From: a virus
DNA: 64,000 nt
Virus record (IMG/VR): IMGVR_UViG_3300003691_000002
Location: 1-64,000 of that record
Strand: one strand, 5' to 3'
The notes under the pieces are model-generated. The model saw only the letters and a list, made by a program, of their open reading frames with translations, made no database searches and was not told the origin of the DNA. The stretch's first letter is position 1. Each line of letters starts with the position of its first letter. Positions 51,962 to 60,444 of this stretch are shown piece by piece. A program made the position numbers and the translations under genes.

Positions 51962-51991
51962 AAATAAGGGGGAAATTAATCCCCCTTATTT
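51962..51991 (-). terminator. Intrinsic terminator after the SSB-like gene
   Basis: AAATAAGGGGGA-loop-TCCCCCTTATTT inverted repeat. Confidence 0.8.
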
Positions 51992-52000
51992 AATTAATTA

Positions 52001-52585
52001 TTAACTCCAATTCTCTACATCTTGAACAGGATTATCTTGTTTCATAACGCCTTCATCAGTGTCAGGAATAAGTTTTTCCATTAAATCACTTGGTTTTTTA
52101 AATAAAGTAGGTTTTTCACCTGCTCTTTCTATAAAATCAAAAAACCTAAGACTCAAATAACCTTTTTTATTAGGATAAGCTAATGTACCAAAAGTAACAT
52201 AAACATTATATTTATGATTACTTGCATTTTCTTTTACTAATTTAAAAAGAACATCAAAAGCTTCTTTTGTGCTATTAACTTCTGGAAAAACATAGTCTTT
52301 CCCCATAACAACCTTTGCAATTTGCAAAACTCTATTAATTTGAAGTTTAGCATATTTTTGATTAGCTTCTTCTGTTTTTTGAGGATTAGGTTGTGGATAA
52401 TAAAAACCCTCATTGATAACAGCGCCTGTTTCATCTGTTACGATGAGTTTATAATCAGGTCTATTTTCTGGTTCATCTACTGCTCTTTTTTCAATAGCAA
52501 TATCTACACCTTCTACTAGTCCTGCCTGTCCATTATTAAAAATAGGTTTTGAAGTGTTAAATTCGTTACTGTTTAAATCTATCAT
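52001..52585 (-). CDS. Putative single-stranded DNA-binding protein (crAss-type)
   Basis: Directly after the Sak4-like ATPase; acidic C-terminal tail ending in W. Confidence 0.55.
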   Translation of the reverse strand: MIDLNSNEFNTSKPIFNNGQAGLVEGVDIAIEKRAVDEPENRPDYKLIVTDETGAVINEGFYYPQPNPQKTEEANQKYAKLQINRVLQIAKVVMGKDYVFPEVNSTKEAFDVLFKLVKENASNHKYNVYVTFGTLAYPNKKGYLSLRFFDFIERAGEKPTLFKKPSDLMEKLIPDTDEGVMKQDNPVQDVENWS

Positions 52586-52622
52586 ATTGTTTTAATTCCG
52601 TCCATATACCTACCACTTTTTA

Positions 52623-53393
52623 TTAATTAATAAAAATATCTGTCCAATTTATTTTTATTTCATCAGTTTGTGGGTCTGATTCGGCAACAATAATTTCTTT
52701 GCCCTTCAGATGAGGTGATCTTGCTCCTGATAACAAGTTAGGAGAAGAATTAAAATTAATAATAGTTTGATTGTCTTTTCGATATAAATATCCTACAGCA
52801 TCTACTTGAGAACAAAGAATAGAAGAAGCTTTACCAGTTAAAGCAAGACCTCTTTCTGTCATTTCTTTGCCTTCTCTTTCAACTAATTTGTCTTTTACAT
52901 GTCCTAATATAATTAAAGTATCACAAATTTCTTTTAATTCGTTAATAACCATACTAAGAGCATCTCTAGTATATTTATAACCTGCACCGTTTGGTAAAGT
53001 AGTAACATCTGTACCAACCCAGTTTCTACCCATTGAAGTTTTTTTATACAATTGATTAGCAAGAGGTAAAACAATATCTTCCAATGCCGTTACAGTATCA
53101 ATTGCAATATAAGGATAAATTTTCTTACCCTTTTCTTCATTTTTCTCTTTAATAAGTTCAATGTACTTTTTTAAAGTAGAAATAGGTAGTTCTTTATTTT
53201 TAGATGCTTCTTTAATAATATCAATTTTTAAAGCATCTACAAAATGAGAACCAGATTCTAAATCAAAAATTAAACAACCAGGTAAAGCTGCTACAAGAGT
53301 AGTTTTACCCATTTTTGGCTGACTAAATATAACCACTGTTTCAGGGTTAACTCGATCAGCCTCAATTTTTTTAAATGGTAATTCCATCATCAT
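52623..53393 (-). CDS. AAA ATPase (Sak4-like recombinase)
   Basis: QPKMGKT Walker A, DLESGS, IDTVT and LPNGAGY motifs. Confidence 0.85.
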   Translation of the reverse strand: MMMELPFKKIEADRVNPETVVIFSQPKMGKTTLVAALPGCLIFDLESGSHFVDALKIDIIKEASKNKELPISTLKKYIELIKEKNEEKGKKIYPYIAIDTVTALEDIVLPLANQLYKKTSMGRNWVGTDVTTLPNGAGYKYTRDALSMVINELKEICDTLIILGHVKDKLVEREGKEMTERGLALTGKASSILCSQVDAVGYLYRKDNQTIINFNSSPNLLSGARSPHLKGKEIIVAESDPQTDEIKINWTDIFIN

Positions 53394-53442
53394 ATTATAT
53401 CTTATGTTTTTAATTAATAAAACACAGATACATTGTTAAAGT

Positions 53443-54498
53443 TTATGATAATGCCAACATTTCTGCCGGAATTTTACCTTGAGATTTATATCCTTTTAAG
53501 ATATAATCATCAATCTCACTTTTTTCTAAGTCTTTTAAATTTTTTAAATTTTTTTTAATTTTTAAAGTACAATTACTAAATCTAAAATTTGTACTTCTTT
53601 TTAATTGTGTTTTTACGGCTTCAAAATGAGGATGATATATGTGAACATTCCTCAAATCCCCAATTAATTTTCCTGGAATATAACCTGTTATTTTAGAAAG
53701 TATATGCATTAATAAACCATAAGAAGCAATATTAAAAGGTAACCCTAAGAAAGTATCTACAGAGCGTTGCTCCCATACTAAATCAAATCCATATCCACCT
53801 TTTTTAAGAGGATAACACATAACTTGAAATCCTTTATGACATGGTGGTAGAGCCATCTGGTCAAGTTCCCCAGGATTCCAAGCAGTTACAATAAGCCGGG
53901 TAGACATAGGAGTTTTAATCATATCATAAATGAGATAATCAATTTGGTCTAAATAACTACGTTTTAAATACTCTATCCTAGTATTTCTCCAATTATATGA
54001 ATGTTTTTCATAAACTGGCAAAGAATCTACAAACCATTCACGCCATTGAGCTCCATACACCCTTCCTAAATCTCCTAATGTATAATCAGGAATACTTTGA
54101 AATTGATATAATTCTTCTATAGTTCTATTTAAAATAGTTTCTATAAATTCTTCAAATGTAAAAATATTTTGTGATTGAGCAAAACCTTGTCTTACTAAAC
54201 TATTATAACGCTCTTTATAATGATTATAAGCATCTTTATTCCAGATATGAATATCATTATCAATAAGATATTTAATATTGGTATTTCCTTTTAAAAACCA
54301 AAGAAGTTCTCCTACTACACCTTTCCAATATAATGTTTTAGTAGTTATAGCTGGGAAACCTTCAGACATATTATATTCAAACCTATAACTTGGTATTTCT
54401 CTTCTTAAAACTTCTTTTCTATTAGGGTCTTGATAATCATAACCTGAATTAAAAATTTTATTTAAAAGAGTATGATATTTTTTATCAATTAATGCCAT
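53443..54498 (-). CDS. thyA: Thymidylate synthase
   Basis: ELLWFL, YGAQWR, ALPPCH, RSVD..LGLPFN and HIY motifs. Confidence 0.95.
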   Translation of the reverse strand: MALIDKKYHTLLNKIFNSGYDYQDPNRKEVLRREIPSYRFEYNMSEGFPAITTKTLYWKGVVGELLWFLKGNTNIKYLIDNDIHIWNKDAYNHYKERYNSLVRQGFAQSQNIFTFEEFIETILNRTIEELYQFQSIPDYTLGDLGRVYGAQWREWFVDSLPVYEKHSYNWRNTRIEYLKRSYLDQIDYLIYDMIKTPMSTRLIVTAWNPGELDQMALPPCHKGFQVMCYPLKKGGYGFDLVWEQRSVDTFLGLPFNIASYGLLMHILSKITGYIPGKLIGDLRNVHIYHPHFEAVKTQLKRSTNFRFSNCTLKIKKNLKNLKDLEKSEIDDYILKGYKSQGKIPAEMLALS

Positions 54499-54603
54499 TT
54501 ATTTCATTTTTTTTCTTTTTTAATTTTCTAAAATATCTTTTAATATCTATATCAGGTCTTTGATGTAAATAATGTCTTCTTCTTGAATATTTACTCATAA
54601 TTT

Positions 54604-55350
54604 TTATTTTGGAATTTTTGGTATTAAATCATAATTAGATTTAGCTTTTTTACTTCCAATAAGGTTTGCTAAACAAGTATATTCTTTTCTAGAAATTCTT
54701 TTTAAAGTTTTATGACTTATTTTTCTATGACAGGGAGAAATATTAGAATGATTAAAAATTTTTTGATAACCTAAATTGTTCCAATCTAAATTTTTATTAT
54801 AAATTCTTAATAAAAATTTTAAACTATCTTCTCCCTTTTCTCTTTTATTTTGTATAAGTTCTTTATAATAAGAAGTTCTTTTTAAACCATTACTATGCCA
54901 AAAAATTCTTAAAAAATTTAAAATAATAAGATTTTTTAAATATGAATTTGTAAAAAACTCATAATAAATATAACTTTTATCGTTGTAAGTTACTAATTTA
55001 CAAGTAGTGAATTCATTAATATAAGATATTGTAGCAAGTAAAGCTTTTTCATCTCTTTTATTCCATTTATGTCTTGTATTATTTTCTAACTTATTAGCTC
55101 TAAATTTTGATATGAATATTCCTTTTACATTTTTAATATCTGTACCATTAGCAACATATTCTGTATCATTATTTAAAAAATTTTTAAGTCCTGCAAAACA
55201 AAAAGTATTACTAACTTTTTGAAATTTTTGTTTTGATAATTTTCTATTACTTGTTAAATTACGATCACTATATACAAATAAATAACAATCGTAAGAAGGA
55301 ACAGCTCTTACAAAACATGGTACTTTTGGGTCATAATAATCTAAATTCAT
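54604..55350 (-). CDS. Hypothetical protein
   Basis: Likely start MNLDYY at 55350, which removes the overlap with the upstream gene. Confidence 0.6.
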   Translation of the reverse strand: MNLDYYDPKVPCFVRAVPSYDCYLFVYSDRNLTSNRKLSKQKFQKVSNTFCFAGLKNFLNNDTEYVANGTDIKNVKGIFISKFRANKLENNTRHKWNKRDEKALLATISYINEFTTCKLVTYNDKSYIYYEFFTNSYLKNLIILNFLRIFWHSNGLKRTSYYKELIQNKREKGEDSLKFLLRIYNKNLDWNNLGYQKIFNHSNISPCHRKISHKTLKRISRKEYTCLANLIGSKKAKSNYDLIPKIPK

Positions 55351-55351
55351 T

Positions 55352-55738
55352 TTAGGATAATATGGTAGTATTATTTTTTTCTTTGAATTGTATAGTGCCG
55401 TTTTGTATTTTAAAATATTTAATCGGTTTATTATGTTGTTGAGCATACTTAATTTCTGCTTGAACCCCTGTAGATTGTAATACTTTATTATAGCCTTCTT
55501 CTGGTATAAGTACAAATACTTCATCACAAAAATCTATGAATTGATAATCAATTTTTTGCCAAAATTCCCAATTACCTGGAACTTCATATTCTGATATTAA
55601 AGTTAAAGGATGACTATGTGTTATAGGACTAAATACATTATATCCTTGTTGTAATAATAAAATAGTAGCAATATTTACTTGTTTATAAGAACTGTCTCTC
55701 ATTCCAGAATAAGGAACTGCTAAATATATTTTTTTCAT
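55352..55738 (-). CDS. DUF1937 / nucleoside 2-deoxyribosyltransferase-like protein
   Basis: IYLAVPYS, FSPITHSH, CD and STGVQAEI motifs. Confidence 0.8.
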   Translation of the reverse strand: MKKIYLAVPYSGMRDSSYKQVNIATILLLQQGYNVFSPITHSHPLTLISEYEVPGNWEFWQKIDYQFIDFCDEVFVLIPEEGYNKVLQSTGVQAEIKYAQQHNKPIKYFKIQNGTIQFKEKNNTTILS

Positions 55739-56040
55739 TTATTATTTTTTTCTTTTTTCTTCTTATTCAATGGTATAAAAGTGCCTATGCTACTTCCTAT
55801 CATATAACCTAAAATTGGAAACCAACTATCCTTGAGAATAGCATTTACACCAATGGTCATAGATAATAGCCATAATACTGATATAACATTAGTACTTATT
55901 ATTGCTTTTGTTATTTGTAAATTATTTACATGAATAATATTTAAACTACGAGCATAAAAAAATATTATTTGTAATATACAAATTAAAAAAGAAGAAAAAT
56001 AAATATTATCAAGCCATTGTATCATCTTTGAATCTGTCAT
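55735..56040 (-). CDS. Small three-TM membrane protein (DUF5698-like)
   Basis: Three hydrophobic helices, Y..GS.IGT. Confidence 0.6.
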   Translation of the reverse strand: MTDSKMIQWLDNIYFSSFLICILQIIFFYARSLNIIHVNNLQITKAIISTNVISVLWLLSMTIGVNAILKDSWFPILGYMIGSSIGTFIPLNKKKKEKNNK

Positions 56041-56332
56041 CTAAATCTTTACGAAATAAAAACATATAAGATAAAAACATAGCATTACATAAAATGTGTC
56101 CTACATGATAAAGTTTACTTTCTTTATCATTATCTTCTCCTTCCATAAAAGAAATTATATGTCTTTGCATACTTTCTAATATTTCTGTCCACTTTAAACC
56201 TTTTTTCCAATTGTGTGCATCATATTTGTTAGCTCCAAACATTAATACTTCTACCATTGGTTTTAAAGCAGAAAAAGAAACTAAAGACCATTTTAATTTA
56301 TTTTTATTTTCTCTTATTCCTAAATTTTTCAT
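56009..56332 (-). CDS. dATP/dGTP diphosphohydrolase (DUF5664)
   Basis: FGANKY..HNWKKG, SMQRH, D.ES.L.H..H..CN motifs. Confidence 0.88.
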   Translation of the reverse strand: MKNLGIRENKNKLKWSLVSFSALKPMVEVLMFGANKYDAHNWKKGLKWTEILESMQRHIISFMEGEDNDKESKLYHVGHILCNAMFLSYMFLFRKDLDDRFKDDTMA

Positions 56333-56338
56333 AAAAAT

Positions 56339-56364
56339 ATTCCCCTCAATTAAGAGGGGAATTT
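56339..56364 (-). terminator. Hairpin/terminator after dnaB
   Basis: ATTCCCCTC-AATTAA-GAGGGGAAT inverted repeat. Confidence 0.7.
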
Positions 56365-56366
56365 TA

Positions 56367-57305
56367 TTAATTATTAATTTGTTTTAAAGAAGTATATACT
56401 TTTTGCATATTTGTTATATCATCTGGTTTAGGTAATTCTTTAAAAAAATTAACTGCACCATCAAAAAACAAAGGAGCAACAGTACCTCCTCCTCCACTTC
56501 TACCTCCCAAAATTTCTAAAAATCTGATATGATCTCTAAAAGCTTTAATATCATACCCCATATATTCTGGAAGTTCATGTCTAAAGGGACTAAATAATCC
56601 CATAATTAAATCAGCATCACGTTGAGTTAATTTACAATCACCTAATCCATTCAAGGTAGGTTTAAGTTTATTAGCTTTAGCGTGTTCAAGAGATTCTTGA
56701 GAAGCTGCTTGTTGTTGAATAACAACAGGTATATAATTATATTTATTTCTAAGTAAAATCAAATAATCAGAAGATAATTTTGTAATAGCTTGGTGTAAAC
56801 TTGTATTATTTTCAGGAGTAATAAGTCCAACATGATCTATTATTATCATAACATATTCATCTGGATTATTAGGCTGATAATAATCATCTATCTCTATTTT
56901 TTGTGTTTTACCTGTTTTGGGATCAGTAATCTCAATTTCTTTTTTATGTTGAGTACCATTAGCTTGCGCGTATTCTCTTAGTATTTTATAAATTCCAAAA
57001 GGATTTCTAATGTTATCTATAAAAGTTACTAATTCTTCTATTTTTTCAAAATAAGGTTTGTATTCCTCTATTTTTTTTAAAATTTCTGGTGACAATATTT
57101 TACTACTTTTAGTACTTCTAAGATCACTAGGAGCCACTCTAATGCCTTCTTTTAAATATAATATATTAGAAAAAGCAGAGAGCATTTTTTGTTCTTTAGA
57201 CATTTCTAAACTAAAATAAAATATTTTTAATTTTATGTTTAGATTTTCATCAATTACTTTGCGAATAGGATTATAAACAAATAACCAATCAGTTATTTGC
57301 GTTTT
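56367..57305 (-). CDS. dnaB: Replicative DnaB-like helicase, exon 2
   Basis: Starts KTQITDWLF (second half of Walker A); FSLEM, IIDH, VIQQQ and RDAD motifs. Confidence 0.9.
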   Translation of the reverse strand, partial: KTQITDWLFVYNPIRKVIDENLNIKLKIFYFSLEMSKEQKMLSAFSNILYLKEGIRVAPSDLRSTKSSKILSPEILKKIEEYKPYFEKIEELVTFIDNIRNPFGIYKILREYAQANGTQHKKEIEITDPKTGKTQKIEIDDYYQPNNPDEYVMIIIDHVGLITPENNTSLHQAITKLSSDYLILLRNKYNYIPVVIQQQAASQESLEHAKANKLKPTLNGLGDCKLTQRDADLIMGLFSPFRHELPEYMGYDIKAFRDHIRFLEILGGRSGGGGTVAPLFFDGAVNFFKELPKPDDITNMQKVYTSLKQINN

Positions 57306-57382
57306 CAATTTGTTACTAAAAAAGAAAATTCTTTTTCGATTAGGCCATTTCTGCCTAATTCTATAATTTAATATATAAAAAA

Positions 57383-58129
57383 TTATTCTACTAATATTAC
57401 TTCCTCATAAACAACTGAATCAAATACTACTGCATTTGAAAAATCTAATTCACTTTTATTAATAATCCAAACTTTAATATTGTTACTAGATTTTACATTA
57501 TGGGTTGTGTGAGTTAAAACTGAAGGATAATTAGATAAAACAGTATCAATAATACCATATCTAAGTTGAGCTTTTACTTCTGGTATTTCTTCCTCTTCTG
57601 CATCATTAAATTTATTATTTTCATCTGCTATATTAGTAGATAATAAAAAAAGAGTATTATCCATTTCTTCCATAACAGTGTTTATAGTAGATGCAAAAAT
57701 AGCTTCTGTAACAATATTTTTATCTTTTACTAAATTGTTATAAGTTAAAAATTCATCAAATACTTTATTATTTAGTAAAGAAGAAATAAAAGGATTAATT
57801 CCATAAATTTCTAAAATAGCACAACTAATAGGAGATTGTGTGTAAGAAAAGTTATCAAAAATATTTTTTAAAGTAAATATTTTTCCTTCATTATATATTA
57901 AAGATAAATCTGTATTTTTTTGATGTAATTTTAACTTATTAATATCAAATTTTTCTTCTTCTTGTTTAACAATTTGGAAAAGTGATTTACTATATTGTTG
58001 AAGAAGATTTAAATCATTTATAATTTCATATTTATCTTCTGTTTCATTTTCAACATTATAGATTTTATTAACAGATATTCTAAAATTTTTAGAATTTGTA
58101 CATCTAATTTGTGTTGTCTTGAGATTCAT
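57383..58129 (-). CDS. Intron-nested hypothetical protein (P9 loop)
   Basis: 248-aa ORF bounded by the P9 strands; no homing endonuclease motif. Confidence 0.8.
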   Translation of the reverse strand: MNLKTTQIRCTNSKNFRISVNKIYNVENETEDKYEIINDLNLLQQYSKSLFQIVKQEEEKFDINKLKLHQKNTDLSLIYNEGKIFTLKNIFDNFSYTQSPISCAILEIYGINPFISSLLNNKVFDEFLTYNNLVKDKNIVTEAIFASTINTVMEEMDNTLFLLSTNIADENNKFNDAEEEEIPEVKAQLRYGIIDTVLSNYPSVLTHTTHNVKSSNNIKVWIINKSELDFSNAVVFDSVVYEEVILVE

Positions 58130-58285
58130 TTTTATAATTTTTTATATTTTATATTTATAGTTCGGACTGTCTCATCAACCTAATTACAACATTTTTTACA
58201 TTGTAATGCTTGATGTAATAAATAATCAGGTACATAAAATATATTTGTACAATTATTATTACAACATTCTTTTGGTTTTTTTACA

Positions 58286-58720
58286 TTATAATCCATATTT
58301 TTTTAATTTTTCATCAAGTAATGGTTTTTCTTCATCTGGTAAAGAATCCCAATATTCCATTAAAATAAAATATACTTTTTTATAATCAGGTTGTTCCTTG
58401 TCAGTCTCTACACCGTTTTGTAAAATTAATTCAATTTCATACAAAGTATTTATAGATGTTCTTTTTCCATTTTGATAATCTATACATAATTGTTTAATTT
58501 TATCAAGTGACGGCACGGGATTGTCTTCAACTAATAAATTGTAATCTGGTTTATTATACCAATCTTCTCTATATTTAGTTTTTTCTTTTTCAATTTCTTG
58601 AACTTTTTCATCTACTAATTGTTTAAGAAGTTCTATTTCATTTTTATGAAAAATTAGATTAAAATTTAATTTATATTGAATATTTTGTAAATCTACATAA
58701 TTTATTGGTATTTTTTTCAT
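58286..58720 (-). CDS. Intron-nested hypothetical protein overlapping the ribozyme core
   Basis: 144-aa open frame running through Q (EDNPVP) and R/P8 (NGVETDKEQPDY). Confidence 0.7.
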   Translation of the reverse strand: MKKIPINYVDLQNIQYKLNFNLIFHKNEIELLKQLVDEKVQEIEKEKTKYREDWYNKPDYNLLVEDNPVPSLDKIKQLCIDYQNGKRTSINTLYEIELILQNGVETDKEQPDYKKVYFILMEYWDSLPDEEKPLLDEKLKKYGL

Positions 58721-58758
58721 TGATTACATTTTATAATATTAAAGATTTTCCCCGTTTG

Positions 58759-59043
58759 CTAAAATTTTTCTTGCACAAATTTTAAAAACTCTGCAATAAT
58801 TTTATCAGGATTTTCATTTTTATAAATTTGGCAAAATTGGCGTGCTAACTCTAATAATGATTCATAGTAATCATCTTGAATTAACTGAATGTTCCTAATT
58901 TCTATTAAATTAGGAAATTTAACAGGAAGTTTTCTTTGTAGACTATTAACATTGTCTACTCTTACAAATTTTGTTATGATTTTCTCATCAAAAATTGTAT
59001 CATCATCTGTTTCTACAAGTAATTCAAGAAAGTATGTTTTCAT
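58759..59043 (-). CDS. Intron-nested hypothetical protein
   Basis: 94-aa ORF, ATGA-coupled to the upstream ORF; stop lies 2 nt before the P element. Confidence 0.7.
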   Translation of the reverse strand: MKTYFLELLVETDDDTIFDEKIITKFVRVDNVNSLQRKLPVKFPNLIEIRNIQLIQDDYYESLLELARQFCQIYKNENPDKIIAEFLKFVQEKF

Positions 59044-59423
59044 TTTCTTTTACGAGAATAAATTATTGAAGAGTCAGGTAATAAAATATAATCTTTGCCT
59101 CTAAAAGCATATCTAAGAATATCTTTTGGATTTTTCTCTATACTTTTTCCTACTACTCTATTATTTATATCCATTAAATAAATACTTCTTGTATTATTTC
59201 TTTTATTAATATTGATAGTAGGAGTAAGTAAATTTAATTTTGCTTTTTTAGAAATTCTTTTAGATAAAACTTTAATAGTTTTATAAATAACATCTTTAAG
59301 AACTATATTTTCTCCAGTAATTTCTTTTAAAGCGTGTAAATTAAATCCTTCTTCTTCGGGAAAAAATTCATTTATTACCTCTAATACAATTAATTCTTTT
59401 TCATTTTTTGTATCTACATTCAT
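59040..59423 (-). CDS. Intron-nested hypothetical protein
   Basis: 127-aa ORF starting just after the P3 5' strand. Confidence 0.7.
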   Translation of the reverse strand: MNVDTKNEKELIVLEVINEFFPEEEGFNLHALKEITGENIVLKDVIYKTIKVLSKRISKKAKLNLLTPTININKRNNTRSIYLMDINNRVVGKSIEKNPKDILRYAFRGKDYILLPDSSIIYSRKRK

Positions 59424-59478
59424 TTTAACTTAATTCGGAATTTGCTGTAAATGTTACCACTTACAGGGGCAAAACTTT

Positions 59479-59643
59479 ACCCACTTTCGTATTCGCAGTT
59501 AGTAAATAATATTTACCTTGTTCAATACCTGGATTTTCATTTTCAAAACGAGGTAATCCCCAAGGAATACAATTCACATGACCGTCAAGGATTCTGTCTC
59601 TACGATCATTTATATCTTTTAAAACTCTATTATATAAGCTCAT
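59479..59643 (-). CDS. dnaB: Replicative DnaB-like helicase, exon 1 (55 codons)
   Basis: NCIPWGLPRF...PGIEQGKYYLLTANTKVG, the crAss DnaB N-terminus up to the Walker A glycine. Confidence 0.9.
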
Positions 59644-60260
59644 TAAGATAATTTACTTGTCCAATCGTCATCTGTATTGGCTCCTTGTAGAATTTCATCT
59701 ACATATGCAGAAAGACGAGAAGCTTCATTTTTTTTAGTGTCTTGTTTGTATATAAAATAATCTGCTCTTTGAAGAAATCTAGGGTCTCTACCTTCAGTAT
59801 TAATATAAAGATCAACAGCTTTTAAAATCACATCTAATTCAATACCTTTATTGGCTTGAATCCATCTTTTTAGTTTTGATTTAACAGCGGTTCTATCTCC
59901 CATAGCTCCTACTTTAAGACCTTTCCATTTACTCCTAAAAACATCTACAAAATTATCAATTTGTTCATTTAATTTTCGATCAGATATTTTTATTGTTTTT
60001 TTCTTTTTTTCAAATTGTAAATCTGCAGATATAGTATAGAATTCAATTAATTCTTTACCTGCTTCTCTAAGAGTAATATTATTTGTAGTAATTTTAATTA
60101 ATTTTTTATCTTCTAATGTTTTTAAATTCTCTTCAGTTAAAGAATCAACATTAGGAGATAATTTATCACCACTAAACAAATAATATAGAAATAATAATTC
60201 ATCAAAAGTTATTTTATAATAATCAAGAACATTTTTGTCAATAATCAAAAAAGTCCTCAT
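59643..60260 (-). CDS. Putative replication protein (winged-helix N-terminus) upstream of dnaB
   Basis: L..LE.K.LIK wHTH-like segment; FLQRADYFIYK; coupled to dnaB. Confidence 0.55.
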   Translation of the reverse strand: MRTFLIIDKNVLDYYKITFDELLFLYYLFSGDKLSPNVDSLTEENLKTLEDKKLIKITTNNITLREAGKELIEFYTISADLQFEKKKKTIKISDRKLNEQIDNFVDVFRSKWKGLKVGAMGDRTAVKSKLKRWIQANKGIELDVILKAVDLYINTEGRDPRFLQRADYFIYKQDTKKNEASRLSAYVDEILQGANTDDDWTSKLS

Positions 60261-60444
60261 TTGTGTCTGTATAATTTACATTGATACTATGAATGTAATC
60301 CTCTGCTATTTCAGAAGAAGTTTTACCAGTTCCTTCACATATATTACATTTTTTTTTATATTTGCCTCTAAGAACTATTTCTCCTGTACCTAAGCAACAA
60401 GGACATTCTACATCTTTACTCATATTTAAATTGTTAAAATACAT
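60238..60444 (-). CDS. DnaJ-type zinc-finger protein
   Basis: CPCCLGTG and CNICEGTG repeats. Confidence 0.75.
   Translation of the reverse strand: MYFNNLNMSKDVECPCCLGTGEIVLRGKYKKKCNICEGTGKTSSEIAEDYIHSINVNYTDTNEDFFDY

Larger units (their letters stand above)
57306..59478 (-). mobile_element. Group I intron (td-like), 2173 nt, containing four ORFs
   Basis: P1 GGGU/GCCC with U.G at the 5' splice site; P2 with GUAA loop; P AAACGGGGAA (58757-58748); Q GACAAUCCCGUGCC (58525-58512); R GUAGAGACUG (58411-58402); S GAUGAGACAGUCC (58176-58164); terminal G at 57306; P10 GUUUU/AAAAC; splicing restores VG|KT. Confidence 0.9.

Noticed and set aside
53443-54498. ThyA as a dCMP/dUMP hydroxymethylase for base modification
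   Set aside because: It keeps the canonical PCH and LGLPFN (dUMP-specifying Asn) motifs of ordinary ThyA
54604-55527. Long overlap between the 307-aa ORF and the DUF1937 gene
   Set aside because: An internal ATG at 55350, right after the upstream stop, removes the overlap
57306-57308. TTG start for a stand-alone 313-aa helicase
   Set aside because: It would lack most of Walker A; the G of TTG is the intron's terminal G
58240-58249. Antisense promoter (TATATTTGTA) inside the intron
   Set aside because: The upstream TTG is 27 nt away rather than 20 nt as in the two credible promoters, and the motif is easy to get by chance in AT-rich DNA
59461-59478. Split intein at the DnaB Walker A (GK/T is a known intein site)
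   Set aside because: The extension KVLPL* has no intein N-terminal nucleophile and exon 2 has no HN-ending intein part; group I RNA elements explain the split exactly
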